Source: Vicugna vicugna (Eukaryota). From it: a DNA stretch of 64,000 nt. The notes under the pieces were generated by a model, which was given only the letters and a program-made list of their open reading frames with translations, made no database searches and had not been told where the DNA came from. How positions within the stretch are numbered: position 1 is the first letter of the stretch; each line of letters opens with the position of its first letter. Below are positions 39,014 to 51,264 of the stretch, in pieces. Both the position numbers and the translations under genes were made by a program. Where the stretch lies: contig MU057880.1 of assembly GCA_013265495.1 (NCBI GenBank), forward strand, positions 898,527 to 962,526, read 5' to 3'.

Positions 39014-40827
39014 GTAAAGTTGACAAAAATGCATGTTTATTGCTGATAATAAAGGTTGTGTGTGTGGGAGAGTTGTTGGATTAGGGTAAGTGCCTCAGGT
39101 GTGCTTTGATTCTCCTTGTCTTGTGAAAGGTATCATATTTGTAAATATGCATCTTTAATATGAAAAAATTTTATCCAGGAGTGACTTTATTTGGCAAGAA
39201 CACAGTTATTTCATTGTGATCCAGGTTTATGTACTTCAGTAGGGCCAGTGAGTTTTCTACTGGTGGCCACCATGTGACAAACTTGTCTCCAGGAGAAGTG
39301 TTCTCATCGGAAGGAAGGTAACTTGAGCATCTTTGTGGTTAAATTTGAAGAGCAGCCTCACCATCGCTAATGTCCAGGCTGTCGGGCTTGGGAACTGGCG
39401 CATCTGGTTGGTGTCCAGGCTCCTGAAGACATTAGTGGTGCCTGTGCCTTCTCATCGTCATTGTCCCAAGACGTCCCCATCAGGGTACGTGGCGTCAGTC
39501 AGGTTGTAAGAATGGACGTGTTAAGTACAGAAAGGGAGATCTTTGGAAGTGAGGAATGTGAGCAAGGTAGTTGGGTTAATTTGACAAAATGTCGTCAGTC
39601 TTTTAAAAGTACTTATTGACTGCAGCTGTACGTGCATAGTGCTGTCATGGGCGCCAAAGGGTTTATGAGAATGAAAAGTCTTCACGGTAAGGAGCTTAAA
39701 ATCCTGGCAGAAAGACAAGATTAAAACACACGGACAACTGGGGAATAAGTGATTGAGGCTTTTTGTGTCTGCTCTGGGAGAAAGGTGTGACTGATGCGGC
39801 CCAAATGGTGTGAGAAGATGAGAAGGAGGAGGAAGGGGTACCTAGGCTGGCACACCAGGCCCTGTGGGGAGGCTGAGGTTTGGTTGGATGGAGGGTGGAG
39901 TGTAGGTGCCAGTGGAGGGAGGGAGGTAACTGAGGGAAGACACAGGCATGAGGAGGCTGAGGAAATAATTAATATTGTGCGGAAAGCCCCAGATTTTTGG
40001 GGAGGAAAAAGGGAAGCTACCAGAGGGATGAGAGTAAGATCAGGTGATGAACACATTGATCAAAAGAAAGGGGCCTGGAAGGACAGGCGCTTCTTGCAGA
40101 CTCGGCCTCGGAAACCGTAGGAGATGCAGGCATGGGGTGCGGGCGTTTCTCTGGGAGGCTGACGTGAGTGGTCATGCGTGGCCCAAAACGGAACACGTTC
40201 AGGAAGCCCAAGGGTGAGGTGGGGAGAGGAGGAACCCGGGTCTCACAGAACCTGTGGACAGGTGGGTGTGCAGTGGGACCTGGTTCAGGGTGTCTGTGGT
40301 GGCTCCTCCAGGGCCGTCTCTGAAGCAGTGCTCCCCTGGGATGAAAGCCGTAATCCTTGGCTTCCTTGGAGGTTAGGAAGGTCACTGTGAAGGTCCTGTG
40401 CATCCCGCGTGTCCTCAGTGTTCCCAGGTTACTGATGTGTAAAGGAAGAGTCATGATGCATGCAGGCCTTAAAGTGAGAACACTGTCCAGTGCTTTTCTG
40501 AAGAAAGAGCACTGTCATAAAAAAAACTCTAAATTTCCACAAGGCAGCACCTTCATCTTAAATATGGAGTGCAAGCGTTTTCTCAGTGTGGCCAGTTTAC
40601 AGGGACCAGCCCTGCCCCCACTGTTGTGTCTCTTGTCTAATTTGATTTCATAAGCTTTCCTTAAAGTTTAGGAAGTGATGAAAGTACCCTTGTTTTCTGA
40701 ACTAAAGGTTGCACTTTATGCAAGTCAGATTACACCCGTGGTTTGGTCTCGCAGTTGGATGTGAGTGGTCAGTAAGGAATGGTTCAGGCTTACACTGACC
40801 GGGCTCTCAATGCTTTTATCTCTGCAG

Positions 40828-41016
40828 CACGATAAGGAGGGCCTGCTGAGCATGGCAAACGCCGGCTGCAACACCAATGGGTCCCAGTTCTTCATCACGA
40901 CCGTCCCAACGCCTCACTTGGATGGGAAACACGTGGTGTTTGGCCAAGTCATTAAAGGAATGGGTGTGGCGAGGATTCTGGAAAATGTGGAAGTGAAAGG
41001 GGAAAAACCTGCCAAA
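40828..41016 (+). CDS. PPID: PPID exon 4
   Basis: [75 protein letters not shown]; 189 nt; carries His141, typical of Cyp40, in place of CypA Trp121. Confidence 0.97.
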
Positions 41017-41866
41017 GTGAGTAATGAGTCCCGGGGCGGCCCCTCGTTGTCTTAGGACATGTAAGTGAGGGGGTCAGCGATTGTTGACTGAAACCCGTTG
41101 GGGTGACTTGCGTGGAAGCCTGGACCTGCCACTTCTTCGAAGCTGTTCTCCACAGCGGGAGAGATGAGGGCAGTTCAGAAGGAGATTCGTATTATTTCAG
41201 CTTCAGTCTTGGTGATTTTTGGTAGTGCAGTCTCCTGTGTCTGCACAGTGTGGTGCCTGTCTGTGCTGGCACAGAGCGCAGAGCACAGGAAAGCAGGGCT
41301 CCTGGTCTCCTCTCTGCCGTTTAACTTGTGGTGTTAGCCTTGATCATGTTATGTAACTTCTTGGCCTATTTCCTCGCCCTGTATAAATTTCCTGTGGGTT
41401 TAGACCGGACCATGTAACCCTGGAGGTCCTGGTGTTCTGAATGTCTGGGGGTCACAACGGCCATCCTTCTCGACCTCACTGGCCATGAGGGAGGGGAATT
41501 GGAGACTCGAATACCTACGGGTGGGAGGCTGCCTTGAGTACGAGGGAAACAGGAGTCAGCTGAAAGCACGTGCCCCACCGGAAGGAGATTCCACAGAGGA
41601 TGATAAAATGTCCAGCTTGCCCTGCGCCCTGCGCCGTCGCGTAGCAGTAGGACGCTTTGTGCCCTCGCACTGTGCTGCTACTTGGAAGGCGTGTAAAGGG
41701 CATTATTACACTTGGAGCAGCTGAGCCTCCTAGGGTCAGCCTGTCACTTCAGGAGCGACTCGGACGGTGTTGGTGCCTTGCAGCGGAGAGCTTTTAAACC
41801 CAGAGCTTTCTTGTAATCACCGTTAATGTGGTGATGCACTTTTACAACTGAGGGTTATTTTTACAG

Positions 41867-41989
41867 TTGTGCGTTATTGCAGAATGCGGGGAGTTGAAGG
41901 ACGGGGATGACTGGGGAATATTCCCAAAAGACGGTTCTAGTGACAGTCATCCGGATTTCCCTGAGGATGCGGACATCAATTTAAAAGAC
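41867..41989 (+). CDS. PPID: PPID exon 5
   Basis: TTACAG| LCVIAECGELKDGDDWGIFPKDGSSDSHPDFPEDADINLKD |GTGAGT; 123 nt; acidic linker. Confidence 0.97.
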
Positions 41990-42148
41990 GTGAGTACTTT
42001 CATATAAACTTCAGTTACTTAAATTGCTAAAAGTATTTAGTACTAAAATTTTGAATTTTTTGTATCAATCTGTCTTACTGACAAAACTTAGCATTAAAGC
42101 ACATTACACATTCAAACCCAGCATATTTGTGTTCTTTGTTTTATACAG

Positions 42149-42255
42149 GTAGATAAAATTTTATTGATAACAGAAGACTTAAAGAACATTGGAAATACTT
42201 TTTTCAAATCCCAGAACTGGGAGATGGCTATTAAAAAGTACACAAAAGTTTTAAG
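42149..42255 (+). CDS. PPID: PPID exon 6
   Basis: ATACAG| VDKILLITEDLKNIGNTFFKSQNWEMAIKKYTKVL(R) |GTAAT; 107 nt; TPR1. Confidence 0.97.
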
Positions 42256-42471
42256 GTAATAAAATATTTTTTACAAATTGCTTTTAAGAACTTGTAAATT
42301 GAATTTTAAACTGAAATTCAGGAGTTTTTTTTTTTGCTTGTTTGTTTTGTATTTTTGGCATATTACTTGCAGAGTAACCCGGTGTATTGAAATAGTTACA
42401 TTTCTTCGGTTGCCTCCAGATTCTTATATTGAAAAATTTCAAAATACAGAAAAGTTAAGAATAGTACATGA

Positions 42472-42560
42472 GTGAGGAAGGTGTAGCTCAGTGGTAGAGC
42501 ACATGCTTAGCAGGACGATGTCCTGGGTTCAATCCCCAGTCCCTCCATTAAAAAAAAAAG
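42472..42560 (+). mobile_element. Vic-1-like SINE in PPID intron 6
   Basis: TSD aagaatagtacatga / aagagcagtacacga; sits inside an old L1 remnant. Confidence 0.85.
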
Positions 42561-44057
42561 AGCAGTACACGAACACTCACGTACCTTTACCTGCTTTCAC
42601 CAATTTTTAACTTTTGCTCTATTTGTTTTTTCAGAATCATTTGAAAGGAAGTTGCAGATTCTGTGACACTTTATTCCCTAATGTTTTAGCAAATGTTTCA
42701 TAGGAAACAAGGACATTCTTCTACTTAGCCTTAACAGCATTAAAACATCTTGGAAATATCATTGATATAATATTGTCTCGTACATAATCCGTATTCAGAT
42801 GTCCCCAGGTGGTGGTGGTGTTTTTAACTCCAGAATCCATTGTATCAGTTGGTTTTTATGTCTCTAGCTTTCTAACTTTTTAATGGTCCGTACTCTACAT
42901 GGTTTTCAGTCATTTGCATTTTGTGGCGTCCAAGTCAGTGGCCTCATAGAATTCTGTCTGCGTTTGTTTATTGCTTCCTCAGGTTCAGTTAGCGGTTGAA
43001 TGTTTCAGCACGAGGACTCAAACGGGACGCACATTTCCTGTGATATCACATCCTGGAGGCACACGGCAGTCTGGCCTGTTCTGAGTTCTGGCACTTGGTT
43101 AAAGGGCGTTAGCCGGATGTCTCTTATAAAAGCACCTTCCCTTTTGTAAATAGTAACTCCTCTGTGAGGTGGTCCTGTGCGATTGTGTGAATGCCTGGTT
43201 CCTGATCTTCCATCAGGTGGTTTCAGCATCGCTGAAGGTCTTTGCTGAATCCGGTGTTACACTGAAGCTTGGAGAACTGTGATTTTCTAGTTTTAGCCTT
43301 CAGTTACTAGCTGGCATTCTTCTGTTTGAAAGGCCCCCTCCCCCCTTTTTGGGGTATCTTTACAGACGTGTGGTTTTCTTTAGCTGAACGTATTATACTA
43401 CTACCGTCATTCTTTCTGATGCTCAGAGGGTCCCACGTTTGTCCAGGGGACGCCCCCTCTCCCGTATCCTTTTGATGTGTTCCTGTTCGTCTGTGAGCAC
43501 GCGCTTGCTTTCTGGCATGAGGCATTCTAGGCTCATCTTACACTTAACCTTGTTTCTAGATCTACTTTCTCCAGGGAGCTCTGATTGCTTTTACTGGGGT
43601 GTAAACTCTAGAGAGCAAAGTCTGGGGCCAGGTGTGCTCACTGGTTCAGGGCTCTTCTCAGTAAACAGAGTTGGGAACTACATTAAAATACATTCAGGAT
43701 CAACACGACTTCTCCCGTCCGTTCCCTCCCACAGTGAGCATCTCGGCTCCAGTCCTGATTACATTGCAGAGTGGACAGTGGAGACCTGAATTTTAAAAGA
43801 GAAAAGTGTTAGCGTATAATCTTTAGGTTTGGGGGTTGGTCTTAAATCGGCCTCTTTGAACACTCTGGGAAAGGAAGTTGGAACAAAGAAAACAAATCTT
43901 CTAAAGGAAAGTATTTAATAAAAGGATTGTTGGCATGGAGAATGTTAGCGTCTGGTGAGCTTTTGTGCAGAAGTGAGGCGGCAGCTGTGGCCTCGTGGAA
44001 GCAGCAGAGTGAGTCATGGCGGTGGCTTCACGCTGCTTTTGCTCCCGTGTCCTCCAG

Positions 44058-44199
44058 GTACGTGGAAGCGTCCAAGGCTGTCACCCAGGAGGCCGACGCA
44101 GCCAGGCTGCAGCCCGTGGCTTTAAGCTGCGTGCTGAACATCGGCGCCTGTAAACTGAAGATGTCCGACTGGCAGGGCGCAGTCGACAGTTGTCTGGAG
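44058..44199 (+). CDS. PPID: PPID exon 7
   Basis: CTCCAG| YVEASKAVTQEADAARLQPVALSCVLNIGACKLKMSDWQGAVDSCLE |GTAAGT; 142 nt; TPR2. Confidence 0.97.
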
Positions 44200-44993
44200 G
44201 TAAGTCTGTTGACGTCAGCTTTTTGAGAGTTGGATTGTGACTTATTTTGAGCTGAAAGCAGTTTATGTGATATTAGCATGTGTGTCTTACTGCATAGGCC
44301 CTAATGAGACTCGAAGAACATAAAGCATTTTATCCCTAAATGTTTTGTACCTTCAGCTCTTCCTGTCAAGCCGTTCATTTAGCATATGACACTGTACCAC
44401 CTAACTGCTCTGCAGGCACTTTTTCCCTCAAAGCACACGTATCAGCTCATTTATTCATTTAACGGTTGAGCCCCTGTTCGGTGCCGGGCTTAGGAGGCAA
44501 AACCAGGAACGATTAAGAAGGTGGCTTATGGAGTCAGTCAGTGGACGTGGTGGTTTTGTTTTTTTGTTTTTTGTTTTTTTTTAGTTTTCTAGATTCTTTT
44601 TTTTTTTCCAGACATGTTTTTTTCAGACACCATTGTCACTTACTTTCTGATCTTGAGAGACTTCCTAATTTTAGAGAGTTGTGATTTCTTTGTATGCGAG
44701 TGGAGACACTGCTGGGGCTGCTGTGAAGACTGTGTGACGTACGTAAAGCGTTTAGCACAGTGCAGGGCACGTGATAAGGGCCTCATAGAGATTTAGGTAT
44801 TTTTAGTTAAAAGGCAACACACAGGAAGGTCACCTGTCTTCGTGGGGACATCCAGGAACACTGGCTGACACGGCTGCAAAGGTGGCAGCAGTTCTGTCCT
44901 TAAATAGAGCACCAGTGAACGCCTCCCTGTTGTGGAGTTGGAAACAGTTTTCAAACTACAGAATGTATTTCTGAAAGCCCACCTCTGGTGCTC

Positions 44994-44996
44994 TGT

Positions 44997-45030
<34 letters not shown>
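44994..45030. repeat. (TG)n microsatellite in PPID intron 7
   Basis: Direct reading. Confidence 0.9.
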
Positions 45031-45033
<3 letters not shown>

Positions 45034-45402
45034 TATACTGTTTTACACGTGCGGTACAGGAGCAGAGCACGCTCCCCACTGGTGTGGGGCTGGAGGGACA
45101 GTTGTGCCTCGCTGGGTGGCAGAGTTCCCCGGGCACCACGCCTGCGGGCTGGAGCTGCTGTGCCGCGGGCTGGGCAGTAGGAGCCCGGGGAGGGGGCAGC
45201 GGGCCTCGGGGGGAGGGGCTCCTCCTCCACATCCATGCCGTGCCTGCCCGCGCCCCACAGAACCTCACACCCACCCACTGGCTCCGTGGCCCCAGAGCGG
45301 TGGAGTCGGTTTGGAGCTGACAGGCAGTAAACTGAAATCTATAGTGTACCTGCCGAGTACTCAGTATTTGGATAAAAACACTAATTTTCTAATTTTTTGT
45401 AG

Positions 45403-45489
45403 GCACTTGAAATAGACCCATCAAACACCAAAGCCCTGTACCGGAGGGCCCAGGGATGGCAAGGATTAAAAGACTACGATGAAGCATTG
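45403..45489 (+). CDS. PPID: PPID exon 8
   Basis: TTGTAG| ALEIDPSNTKALYRRAQGWQGLKDYDEAL |GTAAA; 87 nt; TPR3. Confidence 0.97.
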
Positions 45490-45592
45490 GTAAAATGTTG
45501 TCCTCAATTTTAATTAAAAAAAAAAACAAACCAAAAATACCACTGTCATGAATCATCATCTTTTATTTCTTTTAATGTTTTTTCAATTACAG

Positions 45593-45635
45593 GCTGATCT
45601 TAAGAAGGCTCAGGAGATTGCACCGGAAGATAAAG
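45593..45635 (+). CDS. PPID: PPID exon 9
   Basis: TTACAG| ADLKKAQEIAPEDK |GTAAG; 43 nt. Confidence 0.95.
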
Positions 45636-46368
45636 GTAAGGGGGCAGTTTCTGTAGTGAAAGTCTGTTGTCCTTTAATAACCCATCCTCACGACCCACTG
45701 GCCCCTTGCGCGTAGGTGCTTGTTGAGCAGGTGTCACGGACGCCTGCTACCGGCCGGGCCTCGAGACGCTGCCCTGAGCCCATCAGGGGCCCCGCCTTCA
45801 GAGCTCACACCCTGGTCCCTCCCAGAAAACTCATGTTCACGTGTCTGAACAGTTCACTCTACTGTATCGCTTGGCGACTGGTTCCTAGTCTGTCATTCTG
45901 GATGAAGAGCGGCATTAGAAAACACAGTATTTAATGTTTGGCAGCATTCCTTAAGCTGCACACGGCCGTAGCCTAAATACTTCAGCCACTGGGTGTGTTG
46001 TAGGAGCGTCTTGGAAAGCTTCGGGCACCACGCAGTTAATGGTCTGACTTGCTTGTTTTTCAAATAAACCAACTACAAATAGCGATACTAGATCTGGATG
46101 TTAGAATACATCTTGGTCTCACTGCTGAAGGTAAGCAAGGGCCACACTTGGTGTCCTCCCTTGTGGAGACGGAGAAGGCGGGCTTCATTAGTCTCTTGGT
46201 TGACAGTCTTCTAGAACACTTCATGGTTTGTGTGATCGCTTTTGCAGAGTAAAATACTCTGTTACCAGGGCTCAGTTCCACTTTAGAAGGAGTTTATGAG
46301 GGGGAGTAACTGTCACCCTAATTATTGGATGTTTGGAGAATAACTCATATTACATATTTATTTTGCAG

Positions 46369-46457
46369 CTATCCAGGCAGAACTGCTGAAAGTCAAACAA
46401 AAGATAAAGGCACAGAAAGACAAAGAGAAGGCAGCTTATGCAAAAATGTTTGCTTAG
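46369..46457 (+). CDS. PPID: PPID exon 10 (terminal coding part)
   Basis: TTGCAG| AIQAELLKVKQKIKAQKDKEKAAYAKMFA-TAG; 89 nt. The ten exons sum to 1113 nt = 370 aa + stop. Confidence 0.97.
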
Positions 46458-46705
46458 TAAGGAACCCGGCTTTGCTTAACTACACGCTGGTTGTGCAAAG
46501 GGTTTTGTGTGTTCCGTGCGCCTGATCTGTGTTCCCTTCACTACGTTGGCCCCACTGTGTACAGCCTGGGAACACCCACAGGGACTCACTCTTAAAAGTG
46601 TTACACGTACAGGGAAGTTGATGTTTTTAAAAGTGGCTGTCTGCATTATTCACACGGAATAACGGTGTCCAGCCTCTTTAAACCCCTGAAGACGTATCTT
46701 CTCTG

Positions 46706-46711
46706 AATAAA
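46706..46711 (+). terminator. PPID: Candidate PPID polyadenylation signal
   Basis: AATAAA about 250 nt after the stop, followed by a GU/U-rich tract (gtttgagtgtgtgtattgttttt). Confidence 0.6.
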
Positions 46712-47089
46712 GAGATGGAAGTTTGAGTGTGTGTATTGTTTTTCTCAGTTCTTGGAGGCCTCTCTGGTTGGTTTGTCCTGGTGTTTTATACATACAGGGG
46801 ACAGACACACATGGTTGGGGGTCAGCAGCCTCCCTGAGGGGTAGATAGTCTACCGTGGCTCCTTGGTCCCGTGCTGGTAGCTTGGCAGCCGCGGACGTGT
46901 GTCGCTGCATCCAGGAGGACCACTCGTAAGCAGCGTGGTGGCCCGCTCTGGAGTGTACACTTGTTTTACCTTTGAAGTCATGGATTTGACAAGTCAGATG
47001 TACATGAAAGGCCGACAGTGTATTCTGCTGTTGGTACTGAATCTTGGAAGAATTGGAGAGGTAAACAGATGCTACATAATTTACAAAGT

Positions 47090-47095
47090 TTTATT
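47090..47095 (-). terminator. ETFDH: Candidate ETFDH polyadenylation signal
   Basis: TTTATT on plus (AATAAA on minus), about 180 nt after the ETFDH stop. Confidence 0.6.
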
Positions 47096-47272
47096 TAAGA
47101 GAAATATTCATGATTTTTTTTATGGGACAATTTTACATATAATATAGTTATTTCCCTGATAATTATTTTATGAACATTCTGAGCAGTAATACTCCGTAAG
47201 GTAACTTGAAGTTAGCGTGCCTCCTACTTCAGAGAGACTGGCTGTCAGACGCACCGGGCAAGCAGGTGCACC

Positions 47273-47470
<198 letters not shown>

Positions 47471-47689
47471 CTAACTTTAGATCTCAAAGTCTTGGAGACA
47501 TGAGCTATGGAAACCTTGAAGGTTTGTTGACTGAATGTTTACTCACAGGGACTATTACAGAGATCTTGCTGTGTGCGTTTGCTGTTGGTGTAAATTACAG
47601 ACAAAAGCAGAAGGTACAGCAGGATTTGGCTGAGTTAGTATTACTAACAAGGGAACTCGACGTCGAGCGGTGTGAATTCATTTTATGCA

Positions 47690-48052
47690 CAGGCGTACTC
47701 GGGAGATGGTGCAGGTTTGGTTCCAGACCACCACGGTACCTCGATGTCGCAACAGTGAGTTACGTGAGCGTTCTGGAGTCTAATGTGTATAAATAAGTAT
47801 GTTTGCACCATGCTGTGCCTGTCAAGGGTGCAACAGCATTATGTCTAAAAAATGTACATGCTTTAATTAAAAATACTTGATTGCTAAAAAGTGCTAACCA
47901 CCATCTGAGCCTTCAGTGAGTCATAATGACAACAAACATCACTGGTTACGGCATCTAATCATGGAAAAGTTTGAAAAGTGGCAAGAATTACATGTGACAC
48001 AGACAAGAAGTGAGCAGACGCTGGGAAACCGGCAGCAGAACGAGGTGCCCCG
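47690..48052 (-). mobile_element. Internally deleted Tigger1-family element (ETFDH intron 12)
   Basis: Homologous to the 37973 copy. Both degenerate TIRs are present (caggcgtactc... and ...aacgaggtgccccg). Confidence 0.75.
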
Positions 48053-48726
48053 TGTGTGTCCGCCTACAGCTGCAAGGACGGGGCGTGCGGGCCCCGCCTG
48101 CAGTGTGACCGACAGCCCGCATGGGGCAGAGGCGATTAAAGCCCTCGGAGCGCCCACCCTGGTCCCCGTCCAGAAGGCGCCGGTCTCCGTCTCCACGCCC
48201 CTGAGTGCTGCTCCACCGTCCTGGGAGGCCCGGTCCTGCTACAACTAGTGACAGCTCAGCACTAAAAGGCACAGTGTTCCCGGTGGGTTTAAGCCTGGGC
48301 CCATTTCCCTGAGCTGGACGCGGCTGTCGTGTAGTATTTTAGGTATGTACACACGGGCCACGCGCGTGTGTGTGTGCACGTGTGTGTGTACACTTACAGG
48401 AGCAGCTGTGACAGGTGACTTGAGTCACGTGAACATGGAAAGGCATGTGGTGTTTTTCCATCATCCTTACCTTGGGCTGAGAGTAGACAGGGAAAGGCTT
48501 TTTCCTTTTTTTGAGAAAGGCCATCTGAATCAGGCTTAAGAAAACTCCCTACCACTTTAATATCATGAATTAGAGTAGGGGCCACAAGAATGTTACTGAG
48601 TTTTCAGAAGGGAGCTGGACGTGGGAGTCACCGACAGTTTCCAGGCCGGGGGAGAAGTTTCTCAAGACGCCAGAAGCACGTTTCTGACTACTCGGGCTGC
48701 GGGGGCGGGGGCGGGGCCACACTGAC

Positions 48727-48948
48727 CTGCGGGGCAGAACCGCTGCTCCGGCCCGTCGAACACCGCCAGGTTCCTGCTCACGGGCACGCTGTCGTCCCTC
48801 AGGGTTAGGTGCGCCGGCTGGTCGTGTTCATGGTTCGTTCCGCTCAGAGCCACGGACGACAGGAGGTCAAAGCTGATCTGTCCGTCCGGCTTTGGATACT
48901 CAATAGGTGTGCAGTCCTTGGCTGGCTTGAGCTGATCAGAGTCAGAAC
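48727..48948 (-). CDS. ETFDH: ETFDH exon 12
   Basis: (G)[77 protein letters not shown] ends; 222 nt. Confidence 0.96.
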
Positions 48949-49227
48949 CTTCCGAGGTTTTGAGAAGATTTTAATAAAGGTATAACATTTAAAAGTACTT
49001 CCTTAGTTTAGACATTTTTATTAAAACTTGTAAATATTATACTAAAGTAACAGGACTTCAGCCCTCTCAAAACAATGATACACTGTTCTCTGAAAGCTAC
49101 TGAATTTATAATTCGCCAATAAAGCAAGTCTTAAAACGTTAAAAAAGTTGGCCAACTTCACTACTCATCAGCGCGCCTTCCTGAGTCTTCAGTGACTGAC
49201 ATGCACCCTCTCAGAGCAGGGAGTTAC

Positions 49228-49410
49228 CTTTATGTCTGAGGGTCCAGGGCTCCATCCCTCTGAATATCCAGTAGAAGATTCCGGTGTAAACCATCCCTCC
49301 GTACACACCCAGGACCCCGTGGCAGGACGGCCTGATGTTCCGAACAGCATACAGCTCCTTCCACACCCACGATTTCTTCAAGCTGTCCTCATACTCAGTT
49401 ACATGGAGTC
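49228..49410 (-). CDS. ETFDH: ETFDH exon 11
   Basis: (G)[60 protein letters not shown]; 183 nt; AG/GT ends. Confidence 0.96.
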
Positions 49411-50700
49411 CTTTTCATTAAGAACATGAAATGCTAAGTGTGAAACTGCCACAAGGAGTATAAAGCACTTACTGCCTGGGTACTTTGCTACTGAAATAAC
49501 GATGAATCTCAGGTCATTTTAAAAAGTGGGTGGTCCTAGAAGACCACGTGTTGACGTCTTCCACAAAGATAACCCTTCCATGTATGTTGTCAACAGGCAG
49601 TAAGGCCAAACTGGTAGATGGAAAATTAGTGTCAAAATTCAGTGAATCTCAAAAGGAAGCTAAGACTGTGTACAGTACCTATAAAAGTGGGACGTTTCAC
49701 GACTCATCAGTGACACACTTCTGCCTGTTAACGGTTGAACCCGTCATGTACTGGCTCTTCCTAAGGCTCACGAGCTCGGTGGCAGCCATCCTCCCTGCGG
49801 GCTGTACCTCTCCCCGGGCCTGGAGACCTGCTTGCTCCAGTCCTGTCCGCGCGGGAGAGAGGAGCGGGGCTGCCGGGCCAGCAAGGACAGGTCCTTGGCG
49901 AGAACGCAAGGAGCGCTCAGGCCCGCTGTCAGCCGGCACCCCGCCCTGCGCCGGCTGGTCCTGCCCTCCCTGGGGCCCCCCTTCTGCCCTCTGCTGGTCC
50001 TGCCCTCCCTGGCCTCCACCTCCACACACGCGCTTGAACGTGGTCAGGCTGCACATTCTATCTGGAGGAACGTCTGTCACCTGACCCTAAGGGACAAGGC
50101 TTCTTTATCCAGCATCTTGACTCAAAGTGAACGAAGCCCCTGCTCTCGGTGTTTTCCATCCAAGAGGTGGGAGACAAGAGGTGATAAATAAGGATATGGC
50201 ACAGTGAGACCGACGCTGGGCAGTAACCCTGGGAGGCCGCAATGCGGGAAGAGGGCCTGGGATGCCCCGTGTGTGTGCGCGTGCACACGCGTGTTGCAGA
50301 TTAACTGGTTCGGGGCCAACGTGAGGCCACCCGGAGAGACCCGAGCCCAGGGAGGGGCCCGGGGTGGGCGGCGAGCAGACACGGGCGGGCTGGAGAGGGG
50401 GCGGCTGAAGGCTGGCTGAGCCGCTCGGCTTTACTCTGAGAAATCTGGGCAGCACTGAGCGGTCCCGCTGGCAGGGGGAGCACAGGTGGTGGTGCCGGCT
50501 GCGCCCGCACTCGGGAGGGTCAGGAGGTACAGGATCGGGCGCTGTCCGCGGTGATGCTCGTGTGCAGGACAGGCACGCGGGCCTCTCTCCATGCCAAACA
50601 GATACGAAACCATCGAGGTCTTAGACTGTATTTACTTTCACCCTGTGTGTTTAAATAGCTTCTTTTCAAATGTCCGACTGAAGGCCCTGGCAATTTTCTA

Positions 50701-51072
<372 letters not shown>

Positions 51073-51161
51073 CTATGACTATTTGTCCATGAAGACCTTT
51101 CATTCTCCCTCTCCAAGATGCAGCCACATGGGACAGACTTAAAGCCAGAGCGTTAACGTTC

Positions 51162-51264
51162 ATTTTTATTACGGTTTTTCTTAACGGGGGCACTGGGGAT
51201 GGAACTCAGGACCTGGTGCGTGCTTAAGCATGTGCTCCGTCACTGAGCTATATACCCTTCCCCT
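51162..51264 (-). mobile_element. Vic-1-like SINE in ETFDH intron 9
   Basis: TSD ccagagc(g/a)ttaa flanks the copy. Confidence 0.8.
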
